Below, one piece after another: positions 13,970 to 29,781 of a stretch of 64,000 nucleotides of DNA (positions are counted from its first letter, which is position 1; every line of letters begins with the position of its first letter). The stretch covers positions 1,860,001 to 1,924,000 of the forward strand of contig OZ176054.1 of the NCBI GenBank assembly GCA_964247055.1, in the 5' to 3' direction. The notes below the pieces were generated by a model. It made no database searches, was not told the DNA's origin, and saw only the letters and a program-made list of their open reading frames with translations. A program made the translations under genes and the position numbers. The stretch is from Paragordius varius (taxonomy: Eukaryota > Animalia > Nematomorpha).

Positions 13970-14895
13970 TATTTTATGTTTATGCAGAGCGGGGAGAAAC
14001 TTTTTAAAGCTAACAACTATCTTTAGTCTTACCAATCTAAATAATTTCTTTTATTTGAAAAATATTCAAGTTTTTAGTGTTTGTTTTCAGGATAAATATG
14101 AATATTAAAACCGCAGTTTAATCATGTAGGCATGGGTAGATTATAATATACCATATTGGAATAAAACTCAACCATTTAAAATTTAAAACTAAATTATCCG
14201 TTTTTCAAAAACTTTTTAAGCATTAAAAGTTTTAGAATCATAATATAATTTAATTTTTATAGTTTTCATTATTTTTTTATAAATATAAATTTGCTTTAGG
14301 GTATATTTTAAAATGAACCAAAACTTTAATATGCAATTTAATAAGGTTAAATAAAAAAATGTTCAACTAATTATAAAATTTTTTATTTGATAATAATGGT
14401 TAAAAAATGTTATTAGAAAGTTTTAGCTAATTAAAATAAGTCTTCAGTTTGCTTGGAAAAGTTTTGAGTATGTTTTAAAAAGTCAAAAATTAAAATAACA
14501 AGATATATTTCAAGATTGCCAAAATAATAAAAGATTCAAATCAAAAAATTTTAACACAACCGGTACATGACTGATATGAGTAGTGAACTTTTAAATTATA
14601 TAATCTGATAAAATAATTAAATTGACACTTTTTTTGATTATTAACAAGAGTATTAGAAAAAAATAGTTTTTATTTAATCATGTTAAAATTTTAAATATTT
14701 AACTGAAATAACTGATATTGATTAAATATTCTTTGTTTTTTAACCAACTAAGAAAAGACAAAAAATATTTGAATTTAATTAAATACTATAAATTTGGTTT
14801 ATTGATAGAACACGTAAATAAAAAGTTGCCTATGATTAATAAGGCAAATAGAAATCTAATGTAGAAAAAATATTGCCTAAAAAAAACAAAAAAAA

Positions 14896-14968
14896 TACCC
14901 CTGGCGGGACTCGAACCCGCAATCCCCGGTTTAGGAGACCGATGCCTTATCCATTAGGCCACAGGGGC
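14896..14968 (-). tRNA. tRNA-Arg-CCT: tRNA-Arg (anticodon CCT)
   Basis: GCCCCTGTGGCCTAATGGATAAGGCATCGGTCTCCTAAACCGGGGATTGCGGGTTCGAGTCCCGCCAGGGGTA gives a complete cloverleaf with A and B boxes, followed by a T-run terminator. Confidence 0.97.
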
Positions 14969-15241
14969 AAGTAAGGAAAATATCATATTTCAAAATACTT
15001 ATACTTTTAACAGGATAAAGCCCAAATAAAATAAATATTTTTGCAGGACGATAAAAGAATATACTACGTTTATATTTGGATAAAAATATATAAAGCTTAA
15101 TATCATCAAATTTATTACGTGTTATTACTTGCCAACCAGAATAATCAAGGATTTTGAATATCAAAAAATATTGCAAGCAGGCACTTTAAAAACTACCTCA
15201 TAAAACCATGTGACCTCCAGCCAGGACCACAGAAAATTCGA

Positions 15242-17613
15242 ATGAATCGGCGTCACAACATAAAAGATTGGAGCCCATTGGATTGGCATACAATTTTTGA
15301 TCACAATGAAGAAATCAAAATAGCCGCAAATGAAATATCCTTTTAAAAGTGTTTTTTAATTTTATGAATTATACTTTATTCTTTTATGATATTACGAATT
15401 CTTTAACTCACTAAAAATACAAGATAAATGTTTATACCGCCGGGGATCCAAACTATAGTGTACATCTAATTTTTATACATGGCGGTGGTTCTTCTGCATT
15501 ATCCTGGGCTCTTACTATTGTAATTTTTATATTTATCTGCACCTTATTATTTTTTCTCTTTCTTAGGGCGAATATATTTTACGGTGTTTTTTATCTTACA
15601 GTTTTAAACTTGTAGGTCATTATATTAGTGTTTAGAATAATATAGTTTTTATATATTAGATAGGAAAGTTTGAAGTTTATTTTCCGACACAAATGGCTTC
15701 GAGACCGCAAATTTGGAAATCCGGCGGGCCGCATTCAAAAAATATATATGGGTACTAACAATATTTCATTGATTTTAATAAGAAGCCTGTCAAAACTCTT
15801 TATTTTTAATTACATTCCATAAAATTTGTCTCGCAAAGAAGAAATATTTTAGAGGGCCGCGTGCTGGAAACCCCTGGTTTAAAATTTAGCGACTCAAATC
15901 TAATAAAACAAACATTTTTCAATGATATATAAACTATTGGTATTCAAAAATCAAAAGTTTTTTGAGAATTATTTATCAACCACATATCTTGTCAATCAGT
16001 TTTTACCGTCTGCCAAAAAATCCAAAAAAAATTTAGTTTTTTATTTATTTAGTCTTAAAATGTCATATAATGCATATATTCAAATTTGGCATAATATCAT
16101 ATATATTTCCTTGAAATCGCTTTAGCGTAATTAATAAAATTTTTAGCGAGAAATTAAAAATTACCTAAAGTGTCAATGCATTACCTATGATTTACGCGGA
16201 CATGGTCGCACACAATCTTTGGATGAATCAGATTTATCGATCAATTTACTTACAAAGTAACCTCAAAATATTTTTAATAAATTTTTTAATTTCATAAATA
16301 GTTTAAAATATGGTGTTGCATATCAATGTCATCGATTGATAAATATTTATAATATTTTGTGTATTTTTAGTGACTGCCTCGCATTGTTGGTTAAGTTAGC
16401 CGAAAAGCACGGTATTACATTATATATTGGCTCCAAAAATTTATTGTATAATAATATAGAAATATAACCATGGCTACCGATTCATGTTTTTATAAATAAG
16501 TCAGAAATATAATTTCAATTAAATATACTAAACCTTTGGCATTCACTATTTTAGCTTTAAAGTGTTAAATTGGATAAGAATAATTTTGTTGCCATATAAA
16601 ATACAGTTTGAATAAACATAACACTACGTTTTTTTTTTGGTTTTTTATTTCCAAAACTATAACATCTATTTCATTTAAATTATATATATTAGATAACAAC
16701 TGTCAATTTGTTTTGATTGGACATAGTTTGGGTGGTTCAATTGCTACTCACGTGGTCATGAAATGCCTTGACATGAAAGACAAAGCAAATCATGAATGCG
16801 GCATATCTTATAATTCTTTTGATGGACAGGCCGTTAATAAAACAGAAATGTTGGGTAGCGATTTCGATAAGAAAAGCGTTGAATCCTATCTATTGAGGAA
16901 TAGAGAGAAAATACCTCAAATTATTGCACTCATATCTATCGATGTGGTAGAAGGTAAATAAATGACTATTTTAAAAGGTGCAAATATTTTTTAGCTATTC
17001 CTATGTAAAATCCAAATTAAATTGGGAATATATTAATAACTCTTTAAATTGGTGATAATGGGTAAATTTTTTTGCCAGAAAATTACTGCATCTTTTTTTG
17101 ATGGAAATGCCACCTTAATAGTCTCTCTATCTATTATTATCCCTCATGTTAGTATATTGATATTTTTAAATAAATTACTACTGACTCCTTATTGGTGCAT
17201 TCCTTGAGATCACCCTTTTTAAAATAGTCAAATAATATATCTTACCATAAATCTACCGTAAAAATTTCTAAAATTTAAAACTTCATCAAATATTTGATTA
17301 TTTATAAATTTATAGTTTGCAACATTAAAATCGAGATTTAGTAAATTTCATTTTGCTTGATTTAGTTTCATATTGCGTTTGTTTGTAATATTAACTATTT
17401 CATTATAACCGCCATGGATTAGCGGTGAAACCTGTATCTCTTTGATCTTAAAATATTTACATATATAAGGTACTGCCCTTGAAGCTTTAACAAGTATGCA
17501 AGGATATTTGAGATCACGTCCATCTTATTTCAATACACTGGAGGAAGCTATACAATGGAGGTAATTTTTTATATTTATAAACGACCAATAATGAATAAGA
17601 AATTATTTTTATT

Positions 17614-17663
<50 letters not shown>

Positions 17664-18223
17664 CATCAAGAATGGTTTGTTGAAAAATGTTGAATCGGCA
17701 CGGATATCAATGGCTGGAGAACTGAAACAGTTTGATTATTAAATATATTTTTTAAAAAAAACTTTATAAAAATGTTTAAAAATTCTAATTATATTATTGA
17801 CTTACATCAAATTTTGCCTTTGTAAAAAAAGGATTAAGTTATCCGATTTAAAATCATTTTCGACGCCTTCGTTACATTCTCATGGCGGTGGTGGTCTAGC
17901 TAACAAGTTTGACAAAAATATTAACCTTAAATTACCTCCGATATCAGAAAGTAAAAATTTGCCTCAATCATCTCAAACTCAAATTGTTGAGGATGTTCAA
18001 CTAAAAACTGATGATTCTGTCCATATTCCTGTCACAAATGTTACCCCATGTCCAAAAATTAATCAAGTTTTATTTATTTAATAAAATCGGTATTGCCAAT
18101 TATTTTGTTTATAAATATATAAGAAGCGTTGATTATAAATTTCTTACATATAATTAAGTTATTTCTCGGTCTTATTATAACCAGCATTAAAATACAAAAT
18201 TTTAAACTCATTCTAAATGCATA

Positions 18224-18258
<35 letters not shown>

Positions 18259-20777
18259 TCTTTTTAATGCTAAAATATTGTTTTAAGTAAGTGACTTAAT
18301 TTAATATTAGTAAATAAAAATAACCTTCTGCCATTTATATTCTAAATAAATTTTTACCTAGCTCATTTTTAAATATCCATATTTTATTTGCAAAAATACT
18401 CAAAATAAACACTGAAAAGGGAGACTCAATTTTTTCTCCGTCTGCCAAAGACCCAGATAGAATGGTTTATACCTGGAGGGCTTCTCTAGAGGCTTCAGAA
18501 AAATATTGGAAAGGTAGGATGCTATTATTTAATTTTGTTTGCATTCAAAGTTATATTTATAACTTATTTAAGATTTATATGCGAATCTTTATGGCATTAA
18601 ATTCATTTAGTAATGATAAATGTTTTAATATATTAAGATTCTGTGTTTTTCCAGATAATTTTTTCATTTATTAAATCTTTTTTTTAATAGATTGGTTCAT
18701 TGGTCTGTCTTCCGGTTTTATTAACATACCTCCTACTATCCCAAAACTTTTGATTCTAGCTGGCTTAGAACACCTTGATAAGGTTGTTGTCTTATATGTC
18801 TAACTTTTATAATAATTCTTATCTTTTGTTTTACAAATTAACTTAATTTGTACTTTACAAATTATCAAATATCTATTGGACTTCTTTCTTGCAATGACCC
18901 AAATCGTGGAAAAGAGCCCATGGCAAATGATTCCCATATATTTTAAATCTGTTTTGCCTTTTATATTATAATATTTTGACGTGAAAATGAAGAAAGAATA
19001 ACATAAATACTAAGGGCCTTTTAAAATCGAAAAAAAACGTATTAGGTGTATATTTATTTTGTAAAGATCATTATGTCGCAAAATATGTATATGAGTGTTA
19101 CCCTTAGGGTTGTGATGACCCCCTTTTTTGAAAAAGGGGGTCAGACCTAGGTCCGACCTAGGTCTGATCTAGGTCATACCATATGTTATTGCCATTAATA
19201 AATAACTACATACATAAATACTTGATTAAATCACATAAAAAAGGTTTTTACATAAAGTATATATTTTTTTAAAATTATTTCACCAATACTAATAATTTAA
19301 ATTTCTAAAATTGACGATCTTTCCTGGAAACATACATAAAGACTTATAGAAAATTTCAAATCACAGAAAGCTAAGACTAAGAAGAAAATATGGATTTATT
19401 GAAACCTATGCTCTAATTATTTAGATTGTGTAAAAACGAGTCCTTGTCCATGAACTTAACGTTAACTTAGGATGGTTCAAAAAAATTTTATACTTGAAAA
19501 TTTTTTATACGATTTATTAGATTTAATATATAATCGTGCTCACTACATTTAAAATTTCAGTAATCTTATTAAGTTTAATATATTCTTTAATCAAATTATT
19601 TAAAATATGACATTGGCATTTATGCCATATTATATTAGGATTTTCTTTATTAATCAAATTTTGAGCAGCCTTCATGTTCGCTGGAATTATCGGTCACAAT
19701 GGCATTAATTTTTAAATTTCAAATATCTTTTATTGGCTCCATTATGTTATAGAAACATTCGGCAGTCTTATTATGATAAGATGTGTCATAAAAAATGATT
19801 AAGATCCTTGGCCAATAAATAATATTAATTTGCTTCCTACGAATATTGGTAAAGGGATCGACGATTAATGAAATATTGTTTTTAATTCAAATAACTTCTA
19901 TTTTTATATCTTCATAACACGAATCTAGTAATTAATTGATCTGTTTTCTATTTGGAATAGCATAATTAGGTTTAAACTATGAATGAAACTCCGTAAATGT
20001 TTATTTTCAACTATGTTAAGAGTTGAGGATGTAAAAATAAATTTTGCTAAATGTTTCTGGCTAATTTCTCTTAATAACAGAAATTTTTAAGACTAAAATT
20101 AAATAATTAGATTTGCTTTCGACCATCACCCTCTGTCATATAATTTATTTCATGAACTTCTTTTAGATGTTTCTTCATTCGGTTTTTATTTAAATATATA
20201 TAGTGTAATTGCATTTCTTGCATGTAACTTGAATTTTTTTGATCGAAAAATTTCCACAAGGCTGATTTCATTATAATTTAGGAAGTAAAAAAAAGATGTG
20301 TATCATATGATATTTAAAACAAAATAATACATATATAGATAATATAAGGTTTTGTTTTCCTAAAAATTGTAAAATTAAAAAAATAAAAAATTAAAAAAAA
20401 TAAAAAAAATTGACCTAGGTCATTTTTTTTCGTGGTCATGACCATGGTCATGACCTAGGTCATGACCCTAGGTCATTGACTAATTGGCACAACCCTAGTT
20501 ACCCTTAATTATTTGCATTTAGATACTTACGATAGGACAAATGCAAGGCAAATTTCAATTTGCCGTTATAGCTAAATCGGGTCATTTTGTACATCAAGAT
20601 ATGCCAGATCAGGTGGCAGGAATTATAGTTGCATTCCTTATTAAACATCAAGTATTGAAAAATGTCAATGAATTAAACAAAAACAACAACAGCAGCAAAG
20701 ATAGAGACGGATTAATTATACACCCGGAAAGTATTGCTGAAAAGTTAAAGTATAAATTTGATAAACTTATTTTGTAA
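15242..20777 (+). CDS. PPME1: Protein phosphatase methylesterase 1 (PP2A methylesterase)
   Basis: Exons ~15242-15334, 15421-15519, 16147-16256, 16371-16411, 16693-16953, 17470-17560, 17664-17729, 17832-18066, ~18420-18513, 18691-18783, 20524-20777. Motifs: DWSPLDW, HGGGSSALSWA, DLRGHG, GHSLGG, IDVVEGTA, YTWR, IGQMQGKFQ, GHFVHQD (Ser-Asp-His triad intact). The start codon and the acceptor near 18420 are uncertain. Confidence 0.93.
15335..15420 (+). other. U12-type (minor spliceosome) AT-AC intron in PPME1
   Basis: 5' splice site ATATCCTTT, branch site TTCTTTAAC at 15399-15407, and AC terminus. Removal joins ..AANE to KINVYTAG in frame. Confidence 0.85.
15676..15876 (-). mobile_element. hAT-type MITE, family H (GCGGCCC subterminal motifs)
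   Basis: Ends GGGCCGCGTGCTGGAAACCCCTG. Related copies at ~23081-23360, ~30577-30620 and 34526-34739. Confidence 0.65.
17618..17661 (+). repeat. (TA)n microsatellite abutting a PPME1 3' splice site
   Basis: About 22 TA units run directly into TAG|CATC. Other TA runs are at ~11005, 13623, 18227, 24298, 32375, 37540, 53248 and 57152. Confidence 0.9.
19105..20497 (-). mobile_element. Internally deleted hAT transposon in a PPME1 intron
   Basis: TAGGGTTGTG..CACAACCCTA TIRs, a perfect 8-bp TSD GTTACCCT, and palindromic GACCTAGGTC subterminal repeats. A frameshifted transposase remnant lies on the minus strand at ~19600-19710 (AIVTDN..NMKAAQNLI..IIWHKCQCHILN). Confidence 0.88.
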
Positions 20778-21636
20778 AATATAAGGTGGTTGAAAAAACT
20801 GTGAATCAAGTTTTTTAAATCTCTTATAGACTGTTTATGCGTAATATACTAAATTTTATCATTTTATAATACTTTTTTTTCTTAATTCTTAAAATTTGAG
20901 TTGGTTATATTATTTTTTTAAAATTTAGTGAAATTATAAGAAATTTTACCTTTAAAATGTTTATAATTTGGTAAATTATACTTAATATTGATTATTTTAT
21001 ATATATATATAGAAATTTGCAAGCGTCCTGTTAGTGCAATGAATTCTTCAAATTTAAACATTTATATTAATTTATTAAATTTTTATATATATAATTCGAT
21101 TCGTGTGATGTTAAATAAATTATTAACTTTTGTTAAATATACTTTTGATTATTATTCATTATGTTTGGTAGAAATAATATATTTATAGTTTTGTTTTTAA
21201 ATACGCTAATCTAATAAATCTAGTTAACTTTTCTCATCAAACAGTCTAGTAGTGAGTAATTGTTTATAGTTTTTTACTGATTGAACAATTGGATTTTGGT
21301 TTGATATTTTTGTTTTAAACACTTTTAGGATGAACTTAATTTTCAATTTAAATAAATGTTATTCATATAGCTCATTACATGTATGGAATTTTTCTGTTTA
21401 TGAAATTCATTTAGAAAATCCAGATGGGTTTTTTTATCTTTACCATATAATTAAAATACTCAAATTCGCAAAACAATATTTATTTCAATAAATAATATAA
21501 AAATAATGAGTATTTGTTTAAACAAATAACAATAAAATTATAAAACTCTTTATATTTTGATTCTACTGTAATTTATATAAAATATAATGCTAACTTGCAA
21601 TATATATATATAAATATGTATGAAATGTTCTGTCTA

Positions 21637-24927
<3,291 letters not shown>

Positions 24928-27056
24928 ATTGAAACTTTTGAAATTTAAAAGTAAAAATGTTGATCAATGATAAATTAATTTTGATTGTAAAAACAGATAT
25001 AAGCTAGCTTTTTATATGTATAGTAAACGATCGAATTCCTTAATTCTGATGCAATAATAATAATTGAACTCCTTAAAAGTATCGATAGGTTGTAGAGTAT
25101 ATGTAAAAAGTTATCAGATAACCATACACAATAAAACAACTTGAATAAATCAATCAAAATTAATCTAATTGATGAAACTACGAAAACCCTTCCTTTAATA
25201 TGTATATTATAAATAAAATTAAAAAAAACGGTTTTTTATTGTTACTAAATGACTTAAAGATATTGTTCTGAGAATTGTGACATTGCAATAAACATCAGAG
25301 AGGGGTTTACCATTTTACTAAATGTTTAATACTTCAAGTGTAGAATATATTTAATATGTATTGTATTCGATAAAAAATACCCAGGAAGTTAAAATTATTG
25401 TATATATACCACAACAATTATCAAGAAATTATAAAAAGGGATACTTTAAATTGTATAAAAATTTCATAATGATAATATAATTTAAATTTTGATAGGGGAC
25501 ATTTGACCAAAGACAACCATATATAATATTAAAATTTGTTACAAAAAAGTTAAACGATTTCATACACGATTTAGTTGATAATAATTAGTAACCTTTTTCT
25601 TAAATTCTCTAGATAAATTATAAATAGACCGGGTCTGACCGGACTTTTTTGAAAAAGCAGTCAAATGCACAACCCTAGCTTCAAGGCATATAATATTTAT
25701 CAGTATAATTGGGTCTAACCTGGCTATTTTTATTCATCCAGGCATCTATGACGGTGATTTTTTCCGCTTTAAAAAAATATTTTTAATAATTTTATAATAA
25801 TATAAAATTTGCTAAACTTATTGTCATATATATTAGATTACATCTATTTGATTGTGGTATTGATAATTGGCTACTATCATGAGTTACTGATTTTATAGGA
25901 GCCACACTTTATAATTATTAAACCATAATCATTCCAGCTTACAAATATAATTTTGTTTTTTAGTGGTTGGAATTTAATCGACCATAATTTAAACCCAGAT
26001 AATTCGTTTAAATACCGTTATTAAAACCCGCGATAAAAAAATATAAATACTAAACTAGTTTGATTTGAAATAAAACATTTGAATTCCTTTGATTAATGTA
26101 GTAACATATTGCGGTTATAAAAATGTTACATATCTTTGTAAAAAATGTAATTTTGTCGCTCCGTGACGCCAAAAACTACAGTAAAAATTGAAATTATACG
26201 GATAAAATGTAAAAATATAAAGACATTTTTTCTCAAAAGCAACCATACTCTCCCTTAATTTTTCCTATTAAAATCTTTTAAAAACAATTGTAAATATGGA
26301 ATTGATTGTGATACCAAAATACATCTCCATTCTAGACCGGGAGTTTGAAACAATCAGTTATATTTAATAAATTCTTGATTTTAAAAAGTATGATTGTATT
26401 TTAAAAAAAAAATTTTTTTTGTAATTTTTTAATCAATTCTGGAAAAATTTCTTAAAATGGTTTAAGATTGTTTAATACGGTATAGCTTTTCATATCACAA
26501 ACATAACAACACGTCAGGTAAAATATTGGAAAATTGAAAATACTACCATGAGTACGACTAAACAAATACTTAACATTCAAATAATCACAAGGAAAATAAA
26601 TGGTTATTTCACTGATTTTTTTTAATTTGTTGAATATAGCACCTTATTTTAGGAAAGTATGTAAATAAGGTTATTTGATCCAATTTTTATAACATGTAGC
26701 AACTTTTTTGGAAAAAATAATGATATTATTAGCATAAGACCAAATAAATAAGCTGTATAATTTGAACCATTATAATTAATATTTACAAAATTTTATGAAA
26801 AATTTAATGGTTTAAGACATTATCCGTAATACGTTAGCCCTTTGTATTCAAAACTGAAAAATTTATCATATACGCTGACTATAGTTTAACCATTTTTTTG
26901 TTAGCCCCTTAGTTAAGCCGTGCAAAAATAATGATGTTAAAAAAGGGTGTACTGGAAACTCTGTAAAACGTGTAGGCTCATTCAAATTAAATTTTTAATT
27001 TGGTTACAAATGCGGTATGAACATCCAGTTTTTTGAACTAGCCCCTGTATTGAACC

Positions 27057-29246
27057 CAGTGGTACTCACCAAAAAAATTTGACGGGCCAAATAAATTATA
27101 TTTTTTTTTCGAGGGCCATGAACCTTATAATGGCAAATATTCCATAGCTATTTGATACATCTGCACATATTTATACTCTAAATCACCACAATGATTTTTT
27201 TGCGGATCGGATGTAAATCTAGCTTAAAACTCGTTTGGACCATTTATTTTAAAATAAAGTATTTTGATAACAACATTTATTTCGATATTAACCCATAATT
27301 TTTGACAAATTTGGTTTGGCCTCATGACATGCCAATCTTAATATGATCGGTTAATCGATTTCTGTATGTATTTTTGACATACTTCATTTTTGAATATGCC
27401 ATCTCACGCGTGTAAGTTGAGGGAAAAACATTTAGGATAACTTGATCTTTTTATATTATTATATTTATTTGGCACATCTTGCCAAAATCCTACATATCTT
27501 TCTTCTCTACGATTCTCCTAGAACATAGCCTCCAAATTGGAATCATTTTAAAATCTATGAATCCTTCAATAATATGCGCCTGACCAAAACCGAAATTCTC
27601 AATTTGCTTAATATTGGATATATCCATATGCCATGGATTTTCAACGAGTTTTAAGCAATTTTTAATATTTCTAATTCTTGAAATCAGAATTTTATCTTAT
27701 AGATAAAAATGCTAAATGATTGTCTATTATTAATCTGGGCGGTAAATTCCGTATTTTCTTCATGAGTCGTTTTAAGGGAGTTTTATTTATCATAAATAAT
27801 AGTTTCATGTCTTAAAACAAAAAATCTATTTAATACTTTGCCTAGGTTTAGTCATATCACAGCGGTGTACAAAAGAATATTGTCAAACTCACTGTGGATA
27901 TCTTTCAGAGGTTTTGAATTTACGGGTTGAATTATCTGCCACGGATGTGGTTAACTATATGTTTTAATTACTGAATTGATTGCATCTTTTACACACGAAA
28001 TCAAGTTTGATGAATAAAGCAGTGAAAGGATAAAATATTTTGCAAATTATATTTGATTTTCAAAAATGGAATAACTTTGTTCCTTCCAATCATAGAGGGA
28101 CAGTCATCTGTGCAGATCGAAACCAATTTTTTCATAGATATTCTATTATTATCCAAAAATGTGCTAATTATTTCGAGAAAACCACTTCCTTTCGTGGTAT
28201 TATTCATTGGTAAATATTTTAAATATTCCTCGTTGATTATGTTGTCTTTGCAAAATTTCACGAAAAGCGCACATTTAGGTGTTGAACTAATATCAATGCT
28301 AGAATCAATAGCAATACTAAAATATTTGCAGTTTTTCAGAGCCAATAATATATTGTAAATATATTTAGACTTCATTGCGTCGAGCACATGTTTATCAGTT
28401 TGGAATCAGTAAACAATTTCATATATTTACTAAAATATAGCAAATTTCATACGAAACTAATGTTACAGATTTTTTCTGGGCGAAAGCTATGGACATAATA
28501 GATTTTTCTTTCTGGTATAATTCCATAGTCTTTTTATATTTTTTGTTTCTACCTCATAATTTTTTGGTAATTTATGAGAATGATGGATTGTAATATGTCT
28601 ATTGTACTTTTTTAATTAGCTGTCCTTACAAATAAGGCAGGTAACAACATTTTTATTTAAAATGACAAAAAATTTTTCTTCCCATTCTTTTTTAAAGGAG
28701 TGATTTTCATGGAATGATTTACGTTTTTTAGCAGATGTCATCCTTTGAATTTATATTTAAATATTATGCAAATTTTTTCAAAAAAATGGGAATATAATTT
28801 GAATTATGCTATAAAAAACAGCGAAATTTAATGATGTTGATTTGAAAAATATTTTATGGGAATTATAAAAAAATGATGCAGGATAGCAATGAAAAGAATA
28901 TGTATATGCAAGTTTGGGTGAAAGGCTTGCTTAAATACAAAAAGAAATGCAATAACAATTTCATGATAGAAAAGAAAATAGAATACAAAAACGAAAACAA
29001 CGTCTGGCCAAAATTTTGAAATCATTTTAATATAGAGAAATTTTTCGACATTTCAAATTGGGTAAAATAAAAATTACCAAAATTTTATCAAAAGAAAATA
29101 AATTAATATTAAAATAAGCGAAAATTCGTTTCTGTATTTTAAAAATTCAATAAAAAAAATAATTAAGTATCAATATGATCATCGGGCAATTTTAAAGCAC
29201 TCTTAGGGCCGCATGCGGCCCGCGGGCCGCGGTTTGAGTGTCACTG
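27057..29246 (-). mobile_element. Decayed full-span hAT (Buster/SPIN/GTF2IRD2-like) DNA transposon
   Basis: CAGTG(GT/AC)ACTCA TIRs, 8-bp TSD ATTGAACC/ATTTAACC, and a GGGCCGCATGCGGCCCGCGGGCCGC subterminal motif. Confidence 0.88.
27350..28741 (-). pseudogene. hAT transposase pseudogene
   Basis: MTSAKKRK..FKKEWEEKFF..CLIC; FSIAIDSSIDIS; SICTDDCPSMIG; HCFIHQ; C-terminal STYTRE..YSKMK..RLTD. Interrupted by many stops and frameshifts. Confidence 0.88.
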
Positions 29247-29610
29247 ATTTAACCTATCATCCGTATAATTACTTTTTTAAAAGTCCCCGAAAATTAATTT
29301 TTGTAAACGCCAAGTTTTGAGATTATCTGAAATCAATATAGTTTTCGGTTCCCAGTATAGAAGCAGAAAGGAATGCGCTTTTTTATATTAGCAGCGTGCA
29401 TGGATCAACCCTCTGTGTTAAATGTGCCACTTAAACCAAGTATCCGAAAAACTTGAGACTATGGCCTATCTGTGGTTTAAAAAGCTGGACAAAAATGATA
29501 CCTTTATGCCGGGAATAACTAAAACCATCATTATATCTCTATTAGATACGCCATCATATAAACAACATGTCTTTAAAGCAAATTTTAGGATAAGATATGA
29601 GCATATTATA

Positions 29611-29781
29611 CAGTGAGAATTTTAATGGTGGTTAGGGCGATTCGGAACACAATATAGTGCATGGAAAAAACAACAAAATGTTGAAAACAAATTTATTTCC
29701 TCTCTTTTTTCCATACCATACACTACTGTTTTGCTAAGCCCAACTATGTGAAATAAGCTACCATTAAAATGTTGCATACTG
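29611..29781. mobile_element. Tc1/mariner-type MITE, family B
   Basis: TA|CAGT..TTTTAATGGT ... ACCATTAAAATGTTGCATACTG|TA. A homologous copy is at 50853-~51326. Confidence 0.6.

Noticed and set aside
25700-27050. Short exon-like frames on the minus strand (e.g. AEKITVIDAWMNKNSQ, NEPTRFTEFPVHPFL)
   Set aside because: They could not be joined into a consistent model and no family was recognised.
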